Source of the DNA: an uncultured Pseudobdellovibrionaceae bacterium
GTDB lineage: Bacteria; Bdellovibrionota; Bdellovibrionia; Bdellovibrionales; UBA1609
Assembly: GCA_964389375.1 (NCBI GenBank)
Contig: CAYMDP010000005.1
Span: forward strand, 765 to 64,764
DNA length: 64,000 nt
Reading direction: 5' to 3'
Every line of letters begins with the position of its first letter. Positions within the stretch are counted from its first letter, which is position 1. Both the position numbers and the translations under genes were made by a program. Of this stretch, positions 63,067-64,000 are shown in pieces. The notes beneath the pieces were generated by a model. That model searched no databases and had not been told where the DNA came from. It saw only the letters and a list, made by a program, of their open reading frames with translations.

Positions 63067-64000
63067 TGGACCTGCAGATCTGAATCAGTTGAATGAAACC
63101 GTCTCTGAGCTGAAGAGCTTTTCATTCTTCAGTGGATTTCCTGAAGAACTCCTCACCTCCTTTGCAGAAATGGTACAAAAGGTTCAATTCGATAAAGGTC
63201 ATTTGCTTTTACAGCAGGGCGAAAAAAACGAATCTCTTTATTTTTTACGAGAGGGAAAGCTCTCTGTAGAGGTCGACGGCGAAATGGTGTCCGAACTGAC
63301 TGTCCCGGGCGAAGTTGTCGGCGAGATGAGTCTGATCAGCCGCAGAGCCGTCACAGCAAGTGTCAGAGCTCAGACCGAGGTTTCGGTTTTCCAGGTCAGC
63401 GAAAGTCAACTGGCACATCGGCCCGAAGATGAGCGGAATCGCTTTCAGCATCTTCTTTATCGGGTCTATGCAAGTGTTCTGGCTGGTAGACTGAGTCGAA
63501 CAAATGATAAGGCCAAACGCTTTGAAATTGCCAATAGGCAACTTGAGGCCGCTCACGAATCCTTAAGACTAATGAATGAGAATCTTCAAACTGAGATCGG
63601 AAGACGTTCACAAGAATTGGTGCAAAAGGTTTTTAAATTGACCGAAACGCACCTTCAGCCGGCACAAAGTACTTTGTCTCGATGGGCCCAGAGCTCTGGA
63701 ATTGCCATCGATTCGGCGGAAGTCCATAAACTTTTGCGTTCTATTAGTGAAGTCGTGGATTTCTTAAAGCCAGTGGCAGAGTTTGGACAAAAGGGGAGAG
63801 CCTTAGAGTCTAGGAAGGTCCTTTTGTTTGATACCAATAAAAAACAGCAGACCGTGGCCCGATTGGCCCTGGGCGGAACAGGAGTGGACTTGACCATGGC
63901 CTCTTCTGTTGAAGAGCTTGAGACGGCCTTAAATCAAACGGAATTCGATCTTATTTTTTGTGATGCCGAAGTCAAAGAAGCCGTTGAAAAGGCGATCGCG
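63059..64000 (+). CDS. Cyclic-nucleotide-binding domain protein with a coiled coil and a receiver-like domain (3' end outside the window)
   Basis: Not in the ORF track because no stop falls inside the window. Hand translation gives MSSGPADLNQLNETVSELKSFSFFSGFPEELL...GEKNESLYFLREGKLSVEVDGEMVSELTVPGEVVGEMSLISRRAVTASVRA (cNMP-binding fold). Later comes KVLLFDTNKKQQTVARLAL...FDLIFCDAE (receiver-like). The ATG overlaps the upstream stop by 8 nt. Confidence 0.7.
   Translation, partial: MSSGPADLNQLNETVSELKSFSFFSGFPEELLTSFAEMVQKVQFDKGHLLLQQGEKNESLYFLREGKLSVEVDGEMVSELTVPGEVVGEMSLISRRAVTASVRAQTEVSVFQVSESQLAHRPEDERNRFQHLLYRVYASVLAGRLSRTNDKAKRFEIANRQLEAAHESLRLMNENLQTEIGRRSQELVQKVFKLTETHLQPAQSTLSRWAQSSGIAIDSAEVHKLLRSISEVVDFLKPVAEFGQKGRALESRKVLLFDTNKKQQTVARLALGGTGVDLTMASSVEELETALNQTEFDLIFCDAEVKEAVEKAIA

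Overview
This is a 64 kb, densely coded stretch of bacterial chromosome with genes on both strands. I saw no rRNA, tRNA, CRISPR array, transposase or phage gene. The gene content suggests a Bdellovibrio-like or Oligoflexia-type predatory bacterium: tandem flagellins, DivIVA next to yggS-proC, FQNCG/LQSCG lipoboxes, a DUF1592/DUF1552 pair and many secreted orphan proteins. That attribution is inference only. Recognisable housekeeping genes are maf, yggS, proC, divIVA, valS, rnr, a ubiB-like ABC1 kinase, an LMW-PTP, two fliC paralogues, folA, thyA, purD, glmU and glmS. There are also an MFS transporter, two GT2 glycosyltransferases, an L,D-transpeptidase and a histidine kinase plus sigma54-activator pair. 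Four things stand out. (1) A translationally coupled minus-strand operon (9697 down to about 3233, perhaps 2363) encodes an orphan TadC-like T2SS-F protein, DUF192, three membrane FHA proteins carrying four FHA domains, and a PP2C-like protein that has lost its catalytic Asp motifs. No kinase, ATPase or secretin is nearby. (2) A plus-strand operon (58081 to the window end) encodes a MotB-like coiled-coil/OmpA-like protein, a MotA/ExbB-like channel, an 848-aa FHA/coiled-coil/TM protein and a cNMP-binding/receiver protein. This looks like a stator-type module wired to signalling domains and does not fit the known MotAB, Tol, Exb, Agl or Zorya layouts. (3) Five copies of a structured palindromic element sit just after stop codons. 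They share an invariant asymmetric core but have copy-specific, self-complementary arms, and one copy carries a nested second palindrome. (4) Three good -24/-12 (sigma54-type) promoter matches lie in front of consecutive secreted or lipoprotein genes, immediately downstream of the NtrC-type activator. All domain calls come from motif recognition by eye on the supplied translations. No database search was run.
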